From an uncultured delta proteobacterium (lineage in GTDB: Bacteria > Myxococcota_A > Polyangia > Fen-1088): 64,000 nucleotides of DNA. This document shows, in pieces, positions 10,262 through 20,102 of the stretch; positions within the stretch are counted from its first letter, which is position 1; each line of letters opens with the position of its first letter. The translations under genes were made by a program, and so were the position numbers. The DNA is taken from contig CAVWIP010000017.1 of NCBI GenBank assembly GCA_963755125.1, positions 352,001 to 416,000 of the forward strand, written 5' to 3'. The notes beneath the pieces are model-generated. The model had not been told where the DNA came from. It did no database searches and saw nothing but the letters and a program-made list of their open reading frames with translations.

Positions 10262-10878
10262 GGCGTCCCCTCGGCGGAAGCGGAGCCCGCACCGGTGGCC
10301 TCGTGCAACTCGCCCAGCATGGACCGGAGTCGTTGCAGGGCATAGCGCATGCGGCTCTTGACCGTGGGCTCGCTGGCCCCCACTTGGGCCGCGATCTCCG
10401 CAAACGACATGTCCATCACCTCCCGCATCAGGAAGACCTCGCGCTGGTCCACCGGCAATTCGTCCACCGCGCGGTCGACCAGCGACGCGATCTCGTGGCC
10501 CATCGCCTCGGTCTCCGCATTGCCCGAAAGCGCGGCGATTCGGTCAATCCGTCGCAAGCCCGAGTCTCCTTCGCCAGCCTTGGCTTGGTCGAGCGATTCG
10601 GCCTGGCGGAACTCGGCCCGCCGGGCCTGGTCCGTGCACAGGTTACGCGCGATGGTGAAGAGCCAGGTGGAAACCTTGGCCGAGGGTTGCCATTGCGCTG
10701 CGCTTTTCACCACGCGCAAGAAGACCTCTTGCAGCAGATCCTCGGCAGTCGCTTTGTCCCTGACGAAACGCCGCAGGAAATTCCACAAGCGCTTCTCATG
10801 GCGTTCAAGCAGCTCGCTGAACGCGGCAACATCGCCCTTCTGGTAGGCAGCCATGAGAGCCTCATCGGTCATGGGCAA
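10258..10878 (-). CDS. ECF RNA polymerase sigma factor
   Basis: AEDLLQEVFL, WLFTIARNLCTD, SFAEIAAQVGASEPTVKSRMRYA. Confidence 0.95.
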   Translation of the reverse strand: MPMTDEALMAAYQKGDVAAFSELLERHEKRLWNFLRRFVRDKATAEDLLQEVFLRVVKSAAQWQPSAKVSTWLFTIARNLCTDQARRAEFRQAESLDQAKAGEGDSGLRRIDRIAALSGNAETEAMGHEIASLVDRAVDELPVDQREVFLMREVMDMSFAEIAAQVGASEPTVKSRMRYALQRLRSMLGELHEATGAGSASAEGTP

Positions 10879-10922
10879 GGCGGCAGTCTACAGGTGACTG
10901 CCGCCTGCCCCAAGCCCATCGC

Positions 10923-11906
10923 TCAGAACTGCTGCCAGCCCGACGGGGGCCGGGCATAGCGGGTGTGCGACACGGGGAACGGGTCGGCCGTGCGCCGCAA
11001 GTTGGCATCGTCCGAACAGCACCAGGGGCCGTCCACATCGATGCCCATGGCAATCAGTCCCGCTCGGTCGTTGTAGCGCAGGCCCAGCACCGCGGCCGGC
11101 TCGCTGGGATTGGCGCGAACGAACTCGACCTCGCGAATGTGCGACGAAACTGCCTCGCCGAATTCGGTGCCCAGGCCAGGGCGTGACCGGCGCGGGGCGT
11201 ACAACTCGCCAGCCGCGCTCCGGCCCTTTGCCTCTGGCTGTGCCTCGTCCGCGAGCGGAGCCGACGCGGGAGCGCTGGCGCGCGGAGCCGCACCCGAGCC
11301 GAGAGAGTCCTTTTCGGCACGGTTGCTGTCGTAGCCGTCGAGGCGACCTTGATAGTCGTCGCGATACGGGAGCACAGGATAATAGGGATGCGGCGGCGGT
11401 CGGTAAACGCGTTCCGGGAAGATGGCCACGCCGATGACGCCCACGTTGCGCGCGCTGCCCATGCGAGCTGCGTATGAATCGGCCACCGACGAGAACCTGA
11501 AGGCCGCGGCTTGCTGCTGCGAGAGGCGCCAGCCATCGATTTCGACCTGACCCCAGGCGGGGACCAAGTAGCCGCTCTTTCGGGCAAAGTCGCCCGGCTT
11601 GCCGTCGATGACGTCGCGGCCGTCGACAGAAACCACCGCCTCCACGCGGCGGCTCGTGTGGTTGCTCACGCGGATGGTGTAGCGATCGCCCAGGTGGCCG
11701 AGCACGAAGGTTTCGCCGTCGTGCCAGAAGGACTGCGCGGGCGTGCCGTCCAGCAAGACTTCAACCTGATACCCGCCAGCCTGAGGCCGTAGCGGTCGGC
11801 TTTCCGCGTTGCGTGCCGGAGCCGCGCAGGCAACAAACCCGGCTAGGGCAAAGGCGATGCGACTGACGCGAACAGGACTGGAAGCGTTTCTCGAGTTATT
11901 TTTCAT
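10923..11906 (-). CDS. Secreted hypothetical protein
   Basis: GGAGG RBS before MKNNSR, signal peptide, globular region (VEAVVSVDGRDV, GVIGVAIF, PGLGTEFGE). Confidence 0.75.
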   Translation of the reverse strand: MKNNSRNASSPVRVSRIAFALAGFVACAAPARNAESRPLRPQAGGYQVEVLLDGTPAQSFWHDGETFVLGHLGDRYTIRVSNHTSRRVEAVVSVDGRDVIDGKPGDFARKSGYLVPAWGQVEIDGWRLSQQQAAAFRFSSVADSYAARMGSARNVGVIGVAIFPERVYRPPPHPYYPVLPYRDDYQGRLDGYDSNRAEKDSLGSGAAPRASAPASAPLADEAQPEAKGRSAAGELYAPRRSRPGLGTEFGEAVSSHIREVEFVRANPSEPAAVLGLRYNDRAGLIAMGIDVDGPWCCSDDANLRRTADPFPVSHTRYARPPSGWQQF

Positions 11907-11951
11907 GGCAACCCTCCTGCCGTGTTGAACGCAGGAGCAACCAAAAGGATC

Positions 11952-12190
11952 TGTCGCGTGGGGAGCCCGCCGGCTTTGCCCCCTACGGGGACTTCGGGAC
12001 GGCCCGCCACCCTGCCGGCGGCGCACCATCGCGGGAGGGGTTGGCGAGGCCGAGCGCGAGGGCGCGAGTGCAGCGAGCGGGAGTGGTGGGGAAGGTGCGG
12101 GTCCCGAAGTCTCCGAAGGGGGAAGCGAGCGGGGAGGAGGTGGCAGGTGGGGGGCCGAAGGGCGAAGCGAACCCTTTGAGGGTTCCCATG
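11952..12190 (+). repeat. REP/REPIN-like dispersed intergenic element, copy 1
   Basis: Closely matches 45054-45255 over about 200 bp. Begins TGTCGCGTGGGGAGCCCGC and ends GAACCCTTTGAGGGTTCCCATG. Confidence 0.85.
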
Positions 12191-12194
12191 TCAA

Positions 12195-12947
12195 TTAGAA
12201 CCCGCGGGTGCGGGCCAGCGTGACGAGGTACAGCGCCAGATCTACGGGGTCAGACGACGTGATCGGCAGGCCGGTCACGAACCCTGGCTTCGCCACGCGG
12301 TCGTCGACCGGCGAATGGGGCGCCAGGACGCGCAAGTCAGTTAGGGTTCGTTCCAGGTTCGCGTGGCTTGCCGGCTGCTTGGCAGCCCCCAAGAAGCGAT
12401 AGTCTACCCTTCGTTCGTAGATTATCGCGTCTGGCTGCCCGTCGTTCCGCTGGACCAGGACGAAGGCCTCGCGGGTTTCTTCGGTCTTAACCGACTGCTT
12501 CTTGACCTTTGTGGTCAACATGAGGCCACCGCTGAGAACGGCTTTGCCCACATCCAGACGGCGCTCGCTGGTCGTGACCGTTTCGCTGGTCGTCACCACA
12601 CGGACGCCACGCTGAATCAGCGAGACGGTGGCCCCCGCGCACGGGTGGCGGTTGCCTTGTGCGTCCAGAAACGCCACCACACCGGACTCGAATGCGATGC
12701 CCCGAACCAGCAAGCGGTCGTCGTCGTCTGGAGCGGCGGCCGGGTCGCACGAGAACGCCGCAAACCCCAGGGACTCGAATTCGTCCACCAGGGCTCCGAT
12801 TTGCTCGACCGGGACTGCCGCTAGCAGCACGCGCGGAAGCGTTCCGGCAAGACGTCGCGAGAAGTCAGCAGGCGGCAGGCCCGCGAGCTGCGCTCCTCGC
12901 GTCCGGGCCAGAGGATCGATTGGAGCGTTTGCGATGATGAGGAGCAC
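12195..12947 (-). CDS. Hypothetical protein
   Basis: 250-aa ORF with plausible composition; no recognised motif. Confidence 0.65.
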   Translation of the reverse strand: MLLIIANAPIDPLARTRGAQLAGLPPADFSRRLAGTLPRVLLAAVPVEQIGALVDEFESLGFAAFSCDPAAAPDDDDRLLVRGIAFESGVVAFLDAQGNRHPCAGATVSLIQRGVRVVTTSETVTTSERRLDVGKAVLSGGLMLTTKVKKQSVKTEETREAFVLVQRNDGQPDAIIYERRVDYRFLGAAKQPASHANLERTLTDLRVLAPHSPVDDRVAKPGFVTGLPITSSDPVDLALYLVTLARTRGF

Positions 12948-13319
12948 AGTCAGCCGTCTTCAAGCCCGATGCACAGCGCATAGGGACGTTCGCCAACGGC
13001 CAATTCTATTCCGTCTTTTCTGGCCGCACTGAGAACTTCTTCTATTCTGGGTCAGGTTTCAACTTGGCCGGGGCCGACATCCGGGTGCGCGACGCTAACG
13101 GCGAAAAGTAGATGCCTGTCAACTCCAAGTCGTCCGGGGCGTGCAATAGTTGCCACGACGGTTCGACCAACCCGCGCGTCACCGCGCCGTAGGGCACAGT
13201 AGGCGACTGAAGCAGGTGTCACCGGACGACCAGGGGGCATTCTGATCCCACACCTGGCGTTTTCGTTGAAGCCGAGTCAGAGTGAGCCCGTCTATCAATA
13301 GAAAGGAGCGAATCAACTC

Positions 13320-13658
13320 ATGCGTACAACAATCGCGCTCGTCGCAAGTGGTCTGCTTGTCCTGTGGGTCTCGGCCGCTGCCCTGGCTGGGGCGCCCGAG
13401 ACCTTCGCCCAGAAATGTGCTGGTTGCCACGGCAAGGATGGCAAGGGGCAGACCACAATGGGCAAGAAGCTCAGTATCAAGGATTTGACCGACGCCAAGG
13501 TGCAGGCTGCGGCCAAGGACGCCGACTGGGACAAGGCGATCAGCGACGGCGTCAAGGATGCGGCAGGCAAGGTGGTCATGACCGGCTTCAAGGGCAAGGT
13601 CACGCCCGAGGACATCAAGGCGCTGGTGAAGCTCTGTCGCGACTTCAAGGGCAAGTAG
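13320..13658 (+). CDS. Monoheme class I cytochrome c (periplasmic)
   Basis: Signal peptide, CAGCH, distal Met (VMTGF), AAAGGAG RBS. Confidence 0.92.
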   Translation: MRTTIALVASGLLVLWVSAAALAGAPETFAQKCAGCHGKDGKGQTTMGKKLSIKDLTDAKVQAAAKDADWDKAISDGVKDAAGKVVMTGFKGKVTPEDIKALVKLCRDFKGK

Positions 13659-13674
13659 CGATTCCCGTGGGGGC

Positions 13675-13693
13675 CCGCCGGCCGTGCCGGCGG
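13675..13693. terminator. GC-rich hairpin between convergent genes
   Basis: CCGCCGGC-CGT-GCCGGCGG; no clear U-tract. Confidence 0.35.
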
Positions 13694-13702
13694 CCTGCCA
13701 TT

Positions 13703-15091
13703 TCAAACAGTCCGCGAAAAGACCGGCCGGCCAAGTTGCTGGCGCGGGGTCAGATACGCATCGAAGCACATGGCCAAATTGCGCACGAAGATCTGGCCCA
13801 GCCCGACGGCGTGAACCCCTTGCTCGTCGATGCGGCACATGCCGTCCTTTTCAAAGGGGGCAAGCTTGGCCAGGGTTTCACGGAAGTAGCTGGCAAACGC
13901 GATGCCGTACCTCGCCTCCAGCGTCGCGCGGCTGATGGTGAAGTTGCACATCAGTGACAGGATGGCGTCGCGGCGGATTTCGTCGTCGCGAGAGCGCGCG
14001 TAGCCCCGTTGCACGGGCAGGCGGCCGTTGTCGAGCAGGCGGTAGTAGCGCGCCAGCTTCTTTTCGTTCTGCACCAGAGCCCCGCGCACGTCTCCGATGG
14101 CTGACACGCCGAAGCCGAGCGTGTCGTCGCCCGGGTTGACGGTGTAGCCCATGAAGTTGCGCGACAGGAGGCCCTGGCGTTGGGCCACCGCCAGCTCATC
14201 CGAGGGCAGGGCAAAATGGTCCATGCCGATAGCCTGATAGCCGGCGGCGAGGAACGCCTCGCGCGCCATGGCCAGCAGTTGAAACTTGGTGTCTCGGTCA
14301 GGAACCGCGTGCACGTCAATCAGCTTCTGATTGCTGCGTACCATAGGCAGGTAGGCGAAGGAGTAGACTGCCACGCGATCAGGACGCAGAGCCACGGTCT
14401 GGGCCAGGGTGTTGGCGAACGACTCGGGCTGCTGGGCGGGCAGGCCGTAAATCAGATCGAAATTGATGCCGCCAAAGCCGTGCTGGCGAGCATGCGCGAC
14501 CAGGTTCGTGGTCTGCTCGCGCGTCTGCCGGCGGCCGATGGCCTGTTGCACCTCGGGTGAGAAGTCCTGCACGCCCATGGAGATGCGGTTGAAACCGAGG
14601 CGCGCCAGCATTTCGAGATGGGCTTCGTCTGTCACGCGCGGGTCCACCTCGACGGCCAACTCGGCGTGGGGCAGGAATTCGAAGTGGCGGGCAAAATCGA
14701 GCACCAGGCGTTCTAGCTGCGTCGGCGAAAAGTACGTGGGCGTGCCGCCACCCAGATGAAACTGCGCGATCTTGCGCCGATGGGGCAAACGCGCGGCCAC
14801 CAATTCGATTTCTCGCAGCAGGTGCTCCAGGTACGGCCCGGCCACTTCCTTGCGAGTGGTGGCAAAGGAATGGCAACCGCAGAAGGTGCAGCGTCGTTCG
14901 CAGAAGGGCAGGTGGGTGTAGACGGACAGTGGCGCCTCGCCGCAAGCGTCGGCGCGTTCCAGGGCGCGCAGGTAGTCGGGCTCCTGGAAGTCCTCGCGGA
15001 ATTCCACCGCGGTCGGGTAAGACGTGTAGCGAGGCCCGGCGCTGTCGTAGCGGGCCAGAAGCTCGGGCCCTATGGAACGCAGATCGTTCAT
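13703..15091 (-). CDS. hemN: Oxygen-independent coproporphyrinogen III oxidase
   Basis: GPRYTSYPTA, radical SAM motif CERRCTFCGC, GGGTP, RNFMGY. Confidence 0.96.
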   Translation of the reverse strand: MNDLRSIGPELLARYDSAGPRYTSYPTAVEFREDFQEPDYLRALERADACGEAPLSVYTHLPFCERRCTFCGCHSFATTRKEVAGPYLEHLLREIELVAARLPHRRKIAQFHLGGGTPTYFSPTQLERLVLDFARHFEFLPHAELAVEVDPRVTDEAHLEMLARLGFNRISMGVQDFSPEVQQAIGRRQTREQTTNLVAHARQHGFGGINFDLIYGLPAQQPESFANTLAQTVALRPDRVAVYSFAYLPMVRSNQKLIDVHAVPDRDTKFQLLAMAREAFLAAGYQAIGMDHFALPSDELAVAQRQGLLSRNFMGYTVNPGDDTLGFGVSAIGDVRGALVQNEKKLARYYRLLDNGRLPVQRGYARSRDDEIRRDAILSLMCNFTISRATLEARYGIAFASYFRETLAKLAPFEKDGMCRIDEQGVHAVGLGQIFVRNLAMCFDAYLTPRQQLGRPVFSRTV

Positions 15092-15786
15092 GCTTCGCCC
15101 GCTGGAGAAAAGCGGTAGCCGAGGCCGCGCACGGTGTGCAGATAGCGCGGGCGTTCCGGATCGGGTTCGATCAGCTTGCGCAGACGCAGCACCATGTGCT
15201 CGACGGCGCGCGTGGACGGCGAAACCTCGTAGCCCCACACGCGCTCCAGAATCTCCTCGCGCGAGACCACCTGGTCAGCGTGTTCCACCAGCAGGCGAAG
15301 GATCAAGGCTTCCTTTTCTGCCAGGCTGCTGCGCTCGCCATCGGGATCGATGACTTCTCCCTTGCCGAAGTCGACCGTGACGTTACCGATGCGCGCGGTC
15401 TTGAGCGTCTGTTCATACCAGCCTTGGCGGCGCAACATGCCGCGCACCCGCAGGAGCAGTTCGCGCAGGTTGAATGGCTTTCCCAAATAGTCGTCGCCGC
15501 CCAACTCGAGGCCGTACACGCGATCGTCGTCCGAGGTCTTGGCCGTGAGAAACAGGATAGGCAGACGACCGCCCTCATCGCGAATCGCCTTGCACACCGA
15601 GAACCCGTCGCGCTTGGGCAGCATGACGTCGAGGATCATGAGGTCGACGCCCCCCGACCGCCAGCGAGCCAACGCGCTTTCGCCGTCGCCCACGGCTTCC
15701 ACGGCGTAGCCTTCCTGCTGCAGGTTTTCGCTGATGCCTTCAGCCAGGTGCCGCTCGTCCTCCACCACCAGGATGCGTGCGCTCAT
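15088..15786 (-). CDS. OmpR/PhoB-family response regulator
   Basis: ILVVEDE, LDVMLP, DDYLGKPF, HTVRGLGYRF. Confidence 0.95.
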   Translation of the reverse strand: MSARILVVEDERHLAEGISENLQQEGYAVEAVGDGESALARWRSGGVDLMILDVMLPKRDGFSVCKAIRDEGGRLPILFLTAKTSDDDRVYGLELGGDDYLGKPFNLRELLLRVRGMLRRQGWYEQTLKTARIGNVTVDFGKGEVIDPDGERSSLAEKEALILRLLVEHADQVVSREEILERVWGYEVSPSTRAVEHMVLRLRKLIEPDPERPRYLHTVRGLGYRFSPAGEA

Positions 15787-16958
15787 GCCGGCCCCCCACG
15801 GTCGAGCGGCAGGGTGACCCGGAAGCTGGTGCCTTTGCCCACGCCCGGGCTTTCGGCCGTGACGGTGCCTCCCAGGTGGCGCACAAGCTCGCGCACCAGG
15901 TAGAGCCCGAGGCCAGTGCCTTCAGTCTGGCGCACCATCTCTTCGCCCACGCGATAGAATTTCTGGAAGATCTTCTCGCGCTCTTCTGCCGCCAGGCCGA
16001 TGCCCTGGTCACGAATTTCGATGGCGGCCCAGTCGCCCTGTCGCGCGACGATCAACTGTACCGGCTGGTCAGCGCCGCCGTACTTTGCGGCGTTGTCCAG
16101 CAGGTTGCGCAGCACAGTCTTGAGCACGCCTAGGTCATAGCGCGCGTGCAAGGGCTCGGCAGGCAAAGCGACTTCGAGGTTGAGACGGCGTTGCGACGGA
16201 TCCCTAGCAAGCGCTGCCACCACATCCGCCACGTCGCGGCTCACATCGCCGCGATCCACGTGCACCACGAATCGGCCACTGTCAAGTCGGGCCACCGCGA
16301 GGATGTTGTTGACCAGGCCATCCAAACGATCGACGTCACTGCGCATGTTGGCGAGGAAGCGGGCGCGCTTGTCCGGCGGCGGATCGCGCAGTTCCAGGGT
16401 TTCGATGAAGAGGCGGATGGAGGCCAGCGGGGACTTCAGTTCGTGTGTCACCGCGGATAGGAAGTTGGCCTGCTGGCGCATCAGCGCCATCTCACGCCGC
16501 ACGGAACGCAGGATGAGCACCGTTCCCGCCACCAGAATGCAGAGGAAGGTGGTGCCCTCGGCCGCGAACATGCGGATGCTGGACCGTCGCTGAGCTTGCA
16601 GACGATCGAGTCGACCCGGTCGAATTGTGACCCCGTAGCCAGGGTAGCCAGGCACCAGTTCCTGGCCGGGGCGCACGCCGGGCTGCCAGTCGAGATGGGG
16701 ATAGGCGAGCTGGAGAAATTCGGCCGGTCCCAGCGCGTGAGGTCGCGCCAAGCCCAGCAGCGCCCGTTCTGCGGACTGGCGATCGGCCTGCAGGTGCTCG
16801 GCCGTGGCGCGAATCTCCTGGGCGGAGTAGCGTAGATGGAACAGGACCCACCACGCGAGCAACGCCATGGTGAACGCCACGATGGCGAGCACGCCCACCA
16901 CGAGCAGGCGGGATCGGGACTGCATCAACCCCGTGCACCGGAGAGAGGGCAACGTCAT
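15783..16958 (-). CDS. Sensor histidine kinase
   Basis: Two TM helices, THELKSPL, NLLDNAAKY, DQGIG, GTGLGL. Confidence 0.95.
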   Translation of the reverse strand: MTLPSLRCTGLMQSRSRLLVVGVLAIVAFTMALLAWWVLFHLRYSAQEIRATAEHLQADRQSAERALLGLARPHALGPAEFLQLAYPHLDWQPGVRPGQELVPGYPGYGVTIRPGRLDRLQAQRRSSIRMFAAEGTTFLCILVAGTVLILRSVRREMALMRQQANFLSAVTHELKSPLASIRLFIETLELRDPPPDKRARFLANMRSDVDRLDGLVNNILAVARLDSGRFVVHVDRGDVSRDVADVVAALARDPSQRRLNLEVALPAEPLHARYDLGVLKTVLRNLLDNAAKYGGADQPVQLIVARQGDWAAIEIRDQGIGLAAEEREKIFQKFYRVGEEMVRQTEGTGLGLYLVRELVRHLGGTVTAESPGVGKGTSFRVTLPLDRGGPA

Positions 16959-16970
16959 GATGGGGCAATA

Positions 16971-18257
16971 CTACTGCCCGCGGCGGTCGTCACGCACGCC
17001 TTGCAGGAACGCCTCTACCGCCTCCATGCCGTGGTCCTGTGCCAGACGCTTGAGACCGACGGTGGGCAGGTGCAGAAGCTGGTTCACCATCTGCTGCCCA
17101 AAGCGTCGGATGTGGTCGCGATGGGCTTCGTCCAGCTGGGCGAGGCCGTTGCTGAAGAGCTGCCTGAGCAGTTCGTCGGCCGCGGCCTGGCCCTGGCCAC
17201 GCAAGTCGCGCACGATGGGACTGAGGTCGCGCTCGACCACCCGCCGGCGCAGCGCCTCCAGGGCTTCGTCGATGACGACACGAGCCTCAGCGATTTCGGC
17301 CTCGCGTGCCCGCCGGTTGCGCTCGGCCTCGCCTTTCAGGTGGTCGATGTCAAAAAGCTGGGCTCCGGCGGCAGCAGCGGCTTCGCCGTCGGTGTCGCGT
17401 GGCACGGCCAGGTCGATCACCAGGGGCGGCGCGTCCAGCAGGGACGCAAAGAAGGCGCGTCCCAGCAAAGGCTCGCGCGCTGACGTGGCCGTCACGATGA
17501 TATCCACATGCCCGGGCGCTGCCAGAAAAGCCTCCAGAGCCAAGGCTCGGCCACCACAGGCGGTCGCCAGATCGGCGACCTTGCTCACGGTTCGATTCAC
17601 GAACAAGAGGTTGCAGCCCGGCCGGCCGCGCAGATGCTCGCCACACTGGCGGGTCATCTCTCCGGCGCCGATGAGCGCCACCGTGGCGGGCAGTTTGGTC
17701 CGCGCGTCGATGAGGTCGAAAGCCAGCGACACCATGGATACCGGCCGAGCCCCGAGCGCGGTCTTGCTGCGCACGCGCTTGGCTGCCTGGAAAGCCTCCT
17801 CGAACACGAGTTGCAGGTGCGGGCCGGCCAGCCCCAGGCGTTGCGCCGCGTGCAGCGCCTCCTTGACCTGACCGAGAATCTGCGCGTCGCCGGGGTTGAG
17901 CGAGTCGAGACCCGCGGCCACACAGAACAGGTGCTCGGCCGCTCCGTCCTTCTCGTAGGCGTGCAGGGATTGGGCCGCAGCGCGTGTGATTGGTCCGGCA
18001 GTACTTCCGGTCCGGCCACGGGTGGCGAAGAATTCGTGGATCCGCCTGCGATACTCGGAAACCGGCGTACCCCGCCGGCACAGGAAGATCACCTCGACTC
18101 GATTGCAGGTGGCCAGATACACGCTCTCCAAGAAGTCACACGCCTGGTGAAGTGCCTTGGTCTGGGCCTCGCTCTCGTCGGGACCGAAAGTGTATTTCGC
18201 CAGTCCTTCCTGCTGGCCTCGGCGCACGGTCAGACCGACCATGCCGAGATACCTCAC
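16971..18257 (-). CDS. hemA: Glutamyl-tRNA reductase
   Basis: TCNRVE, GLDS, QILGQVK, IGAGEM, IDLAVPRD. Confidence 0.95.
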   Translation of the reverse strand: MRYLGMVGLTVRRGQQEGLAKYTFGPDESEAQTKALHQACDFLESVYLATCNRVEVIFLCRRGTPVSEYRRRIHEFFATRGRTGSTAGPITRAAAQSLHAYEKDGAAEHLFCVAAGLDSLNPGDAQILGQVKEALHAAQRLGLAGPHLQLVFEEAFQAAKRVRSKTALGARPVSMVSLAFDLIDARTKLPATVALIGAGEMTRQCGEHLRGRPGCNLLFVNRTVSKVADLATACGGRALALEAFLAAPGHVDIIVTATSAREPLLGRAFFASLLDAPPLVIDLAVPRDTDGEAAAAAGAQLFDIDHLKGEAERNRRAREAEIAEARVVIDEALEALRRRVVERDLSPIVRDLRGQGQAAADELLRQLFSNGLAQLDEAHRDHIRRFGQQMVNQLLHLPTVGLKRLAQDHGMEAVEAFLQGVRDDRRGQ

Positions 18258-19765
18258 GGCTTGGCCTCCGTGGGCGCAGGTGCCGGAGCTGCGGGTGGCG
18301 GCAGGGCAAGCTGGCCGAGGTCAGGCTCCTTGGGATTCCCGTCCACCAGAATGGCGTGGCAGGCGTCGCAATCATTGGGGATCACCTGATCGCCCTTGGA
18401 TGCTTTCATGTTGCCGTCATGGCAGCGGAAGCAGCCGGGCGAGTCGTCATGGCCAATGTTGGTTGGGTGGGTCTTGGAGTTGGTGTTCATCTCCGGGAAC
18501 ACCGTGCGATCGTACACTCCGGCTGCCTCGTCCGCCGCGCGCGAAACCAGCTTGCCCTCGCGCCCCGAAAATTCGGGGTACGATTTGCCATAGAAGTCCA
18601 TCAGGCTCCGGCGGACTGCGGCCATGCCGTCATCGTGGGTGGCGTAGGTCGCTGAAACCGCCTTGACCGCCTCCCGCTTGAAGAACGGCAGGGATCGCAG
18701 GTCCGCTTGCCTCTGTAGGACGCTATCAATGGCTTTGGCCGGGCTCTCGAACAGATGGGTGGGCCGATTGTGGCAGTCGATGCAGTCCATGACCCGTGCT
18801 GCTCTTTGGATGTCGTCCGCGGCCGGCAGTTTCGCGCCCTCGCGTGTGAACTCGGTCCGCTTGCCGTCGGGTGTGGTCAGTTCGACCCAGGCGATCTCTT
18901 GCCGGCGCTGGTCGGTGGCCAGGTAGCGAATGCGGTTGTCAGCGTAGATGTGCCACCAGTGGATTCCGCCGTGAGGCTGGCCGGCACCAACCGCGCCGCC
19001 GCCGGTCCTGAGCAAGAGCGCCGTGAAACTCGGGCTGTTCTTTTCGTCCTCGGCGAAACGGCCGATGACCCGCAGCTTGTCGCCGTAGTGCTTGGCCGGC
19101 CAGTGGCAGCTTTCGCAAGTGTCGCGTGCCGGCCGCAGCGTGTGCACGGGCGAGGGAATCGGGTGGGCATAGGTCCCGGTCATCACCTTCCAGACCTGGC
19201 GCAGACCATCGAATTTGGAACGGACCGCCCAGGAGGCGCCCGGTCCGATGTGGCACTGAACGCACTTGACGCGCGAGTGGGGCGAGTTCTGGTAGGCCGT
19301 GTATTCCGGCCGCATGACCTTGTGGCACACGGTCCCGCAGAACTTGGGCGTGTCCATGAAGTTCAGCCCCACCACCGAGCTGGTCGCCAGCACGACAACG
19401 TTGATCACGGTTAGCCCGGCAATGATCAGTGCCACACGGCGTAGATGTGGATCATTGAAATCGAGGTTTGGGTAGGTCGCGATGGTGTCGGCCGACTGAC
19501 CACTGCGCATCAGCGCCCGTCGCCGCCGCAAGATCCCCAATGGCATGAGCAGGAGCCCGCCCACGAAAACCACAGGCAAAAAGGCCGAACCGAACACCCC
19601 GGTGTACGGGTTGTCGACCTGGCCCGCCACCTCGAGCGCGAGAAAGATGACCAGGGTAAGACCTGACAGCGTGGTCAGCCCGAAACCGAGGACGGTGAGC
19701 GGATTTCGCGCGTAGTTGGCGAGCCGGGCGATGGTGGGAGAAAGTGACTTGGGCAGTACCGGCAT
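18254..19765 (-). CDS. NapC/NirT-domain multiheme cytochrome c, ImcH-like
   Basis: Three N-terminal TM helices; CGTVCH, CVQCH, CESCH, CIDCH, CFRCH, CDACH; SPHSRV and RPARDTC segments. Confidence 0.88.
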   Translation of the reverse strand: MPVLPKSLSPTIARLANYARNPLTVLGFGLTTLSGLTLVIFLALEVAGQVDNPYTGVFGSAFLPVVFVGGLLLMPLGILRRRRALMRSGQSADTIATYPNLDFNDPHLRRVALIIAGLTVINVVVLATSSVVGLNFMDTPKFCGTVCHKVMRPEYTAYQNSPHSRVKCVQCHIGPGASWAVRSKFDGLRQVWKVMTGTYAHPIPSPVHTLRPARDTCESCHWPAKHYGDKLRVIGRFAEDEKNSPSFTALLLRTGGGAVGAGQPHGGIHWWHIYADNRIRYLATDQRRQEIAWVELTTPDGKRTEFTREGAKLPAADDIQRAARVMDCIDCHNRPTHLFESPAKAIDSVLQRQADLRSLPFFKREAVKAVSATYATHDDGMAAVRRSLMDFYGKSYPEFSGREGKLVSRAADEAAGVYDRTVFPEMNTNSKTHPTNIGHDDSPGCFRCHDGNMKASKGDQVIPNDCDACHAILVDGNPKEPDLGQLALPPPAAPAPAPTEAKP

Positions 19766-20102
19766 GGCGTCTTCGTATATCCCCGATGGACCGTGTCGAC
19801 GTAGCTCTTTGAAATGAGCCTGCGATGCCTATTGCAAGGCAGCACTTGAGCAAACCACGATTCCCCAAGTTTGTAACGTTGCGAAGAGCAAAATCCACGT
19901 AAATCGGTAGAGGTGCTGGGCTTGTCTATAGCATCATCGCGTCGAAAAATTGGATGACTGGATAACCGGAGCCGTGTCGGCGGTACCGGCGCCGGCGATC
20001 GTGCGGGAGCGCGAAAACCTTGAAGGCAACCCCAGCGCGAGGGGTTACGGCTCCCAGCCGTTCGGCAGGCACCAGATAGGCGGCGGCTACGGCAGGTTTT
20101 CG

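Noticed and set aside
11907..12194. N-terminal ORF extensions and MGTLKGF-type short ORFs within the repeat copies
   Set aside because: They arise from the repeat sequence itself (ATG in the terminal CCAT). The real gene start at 11906 has its own RBS.
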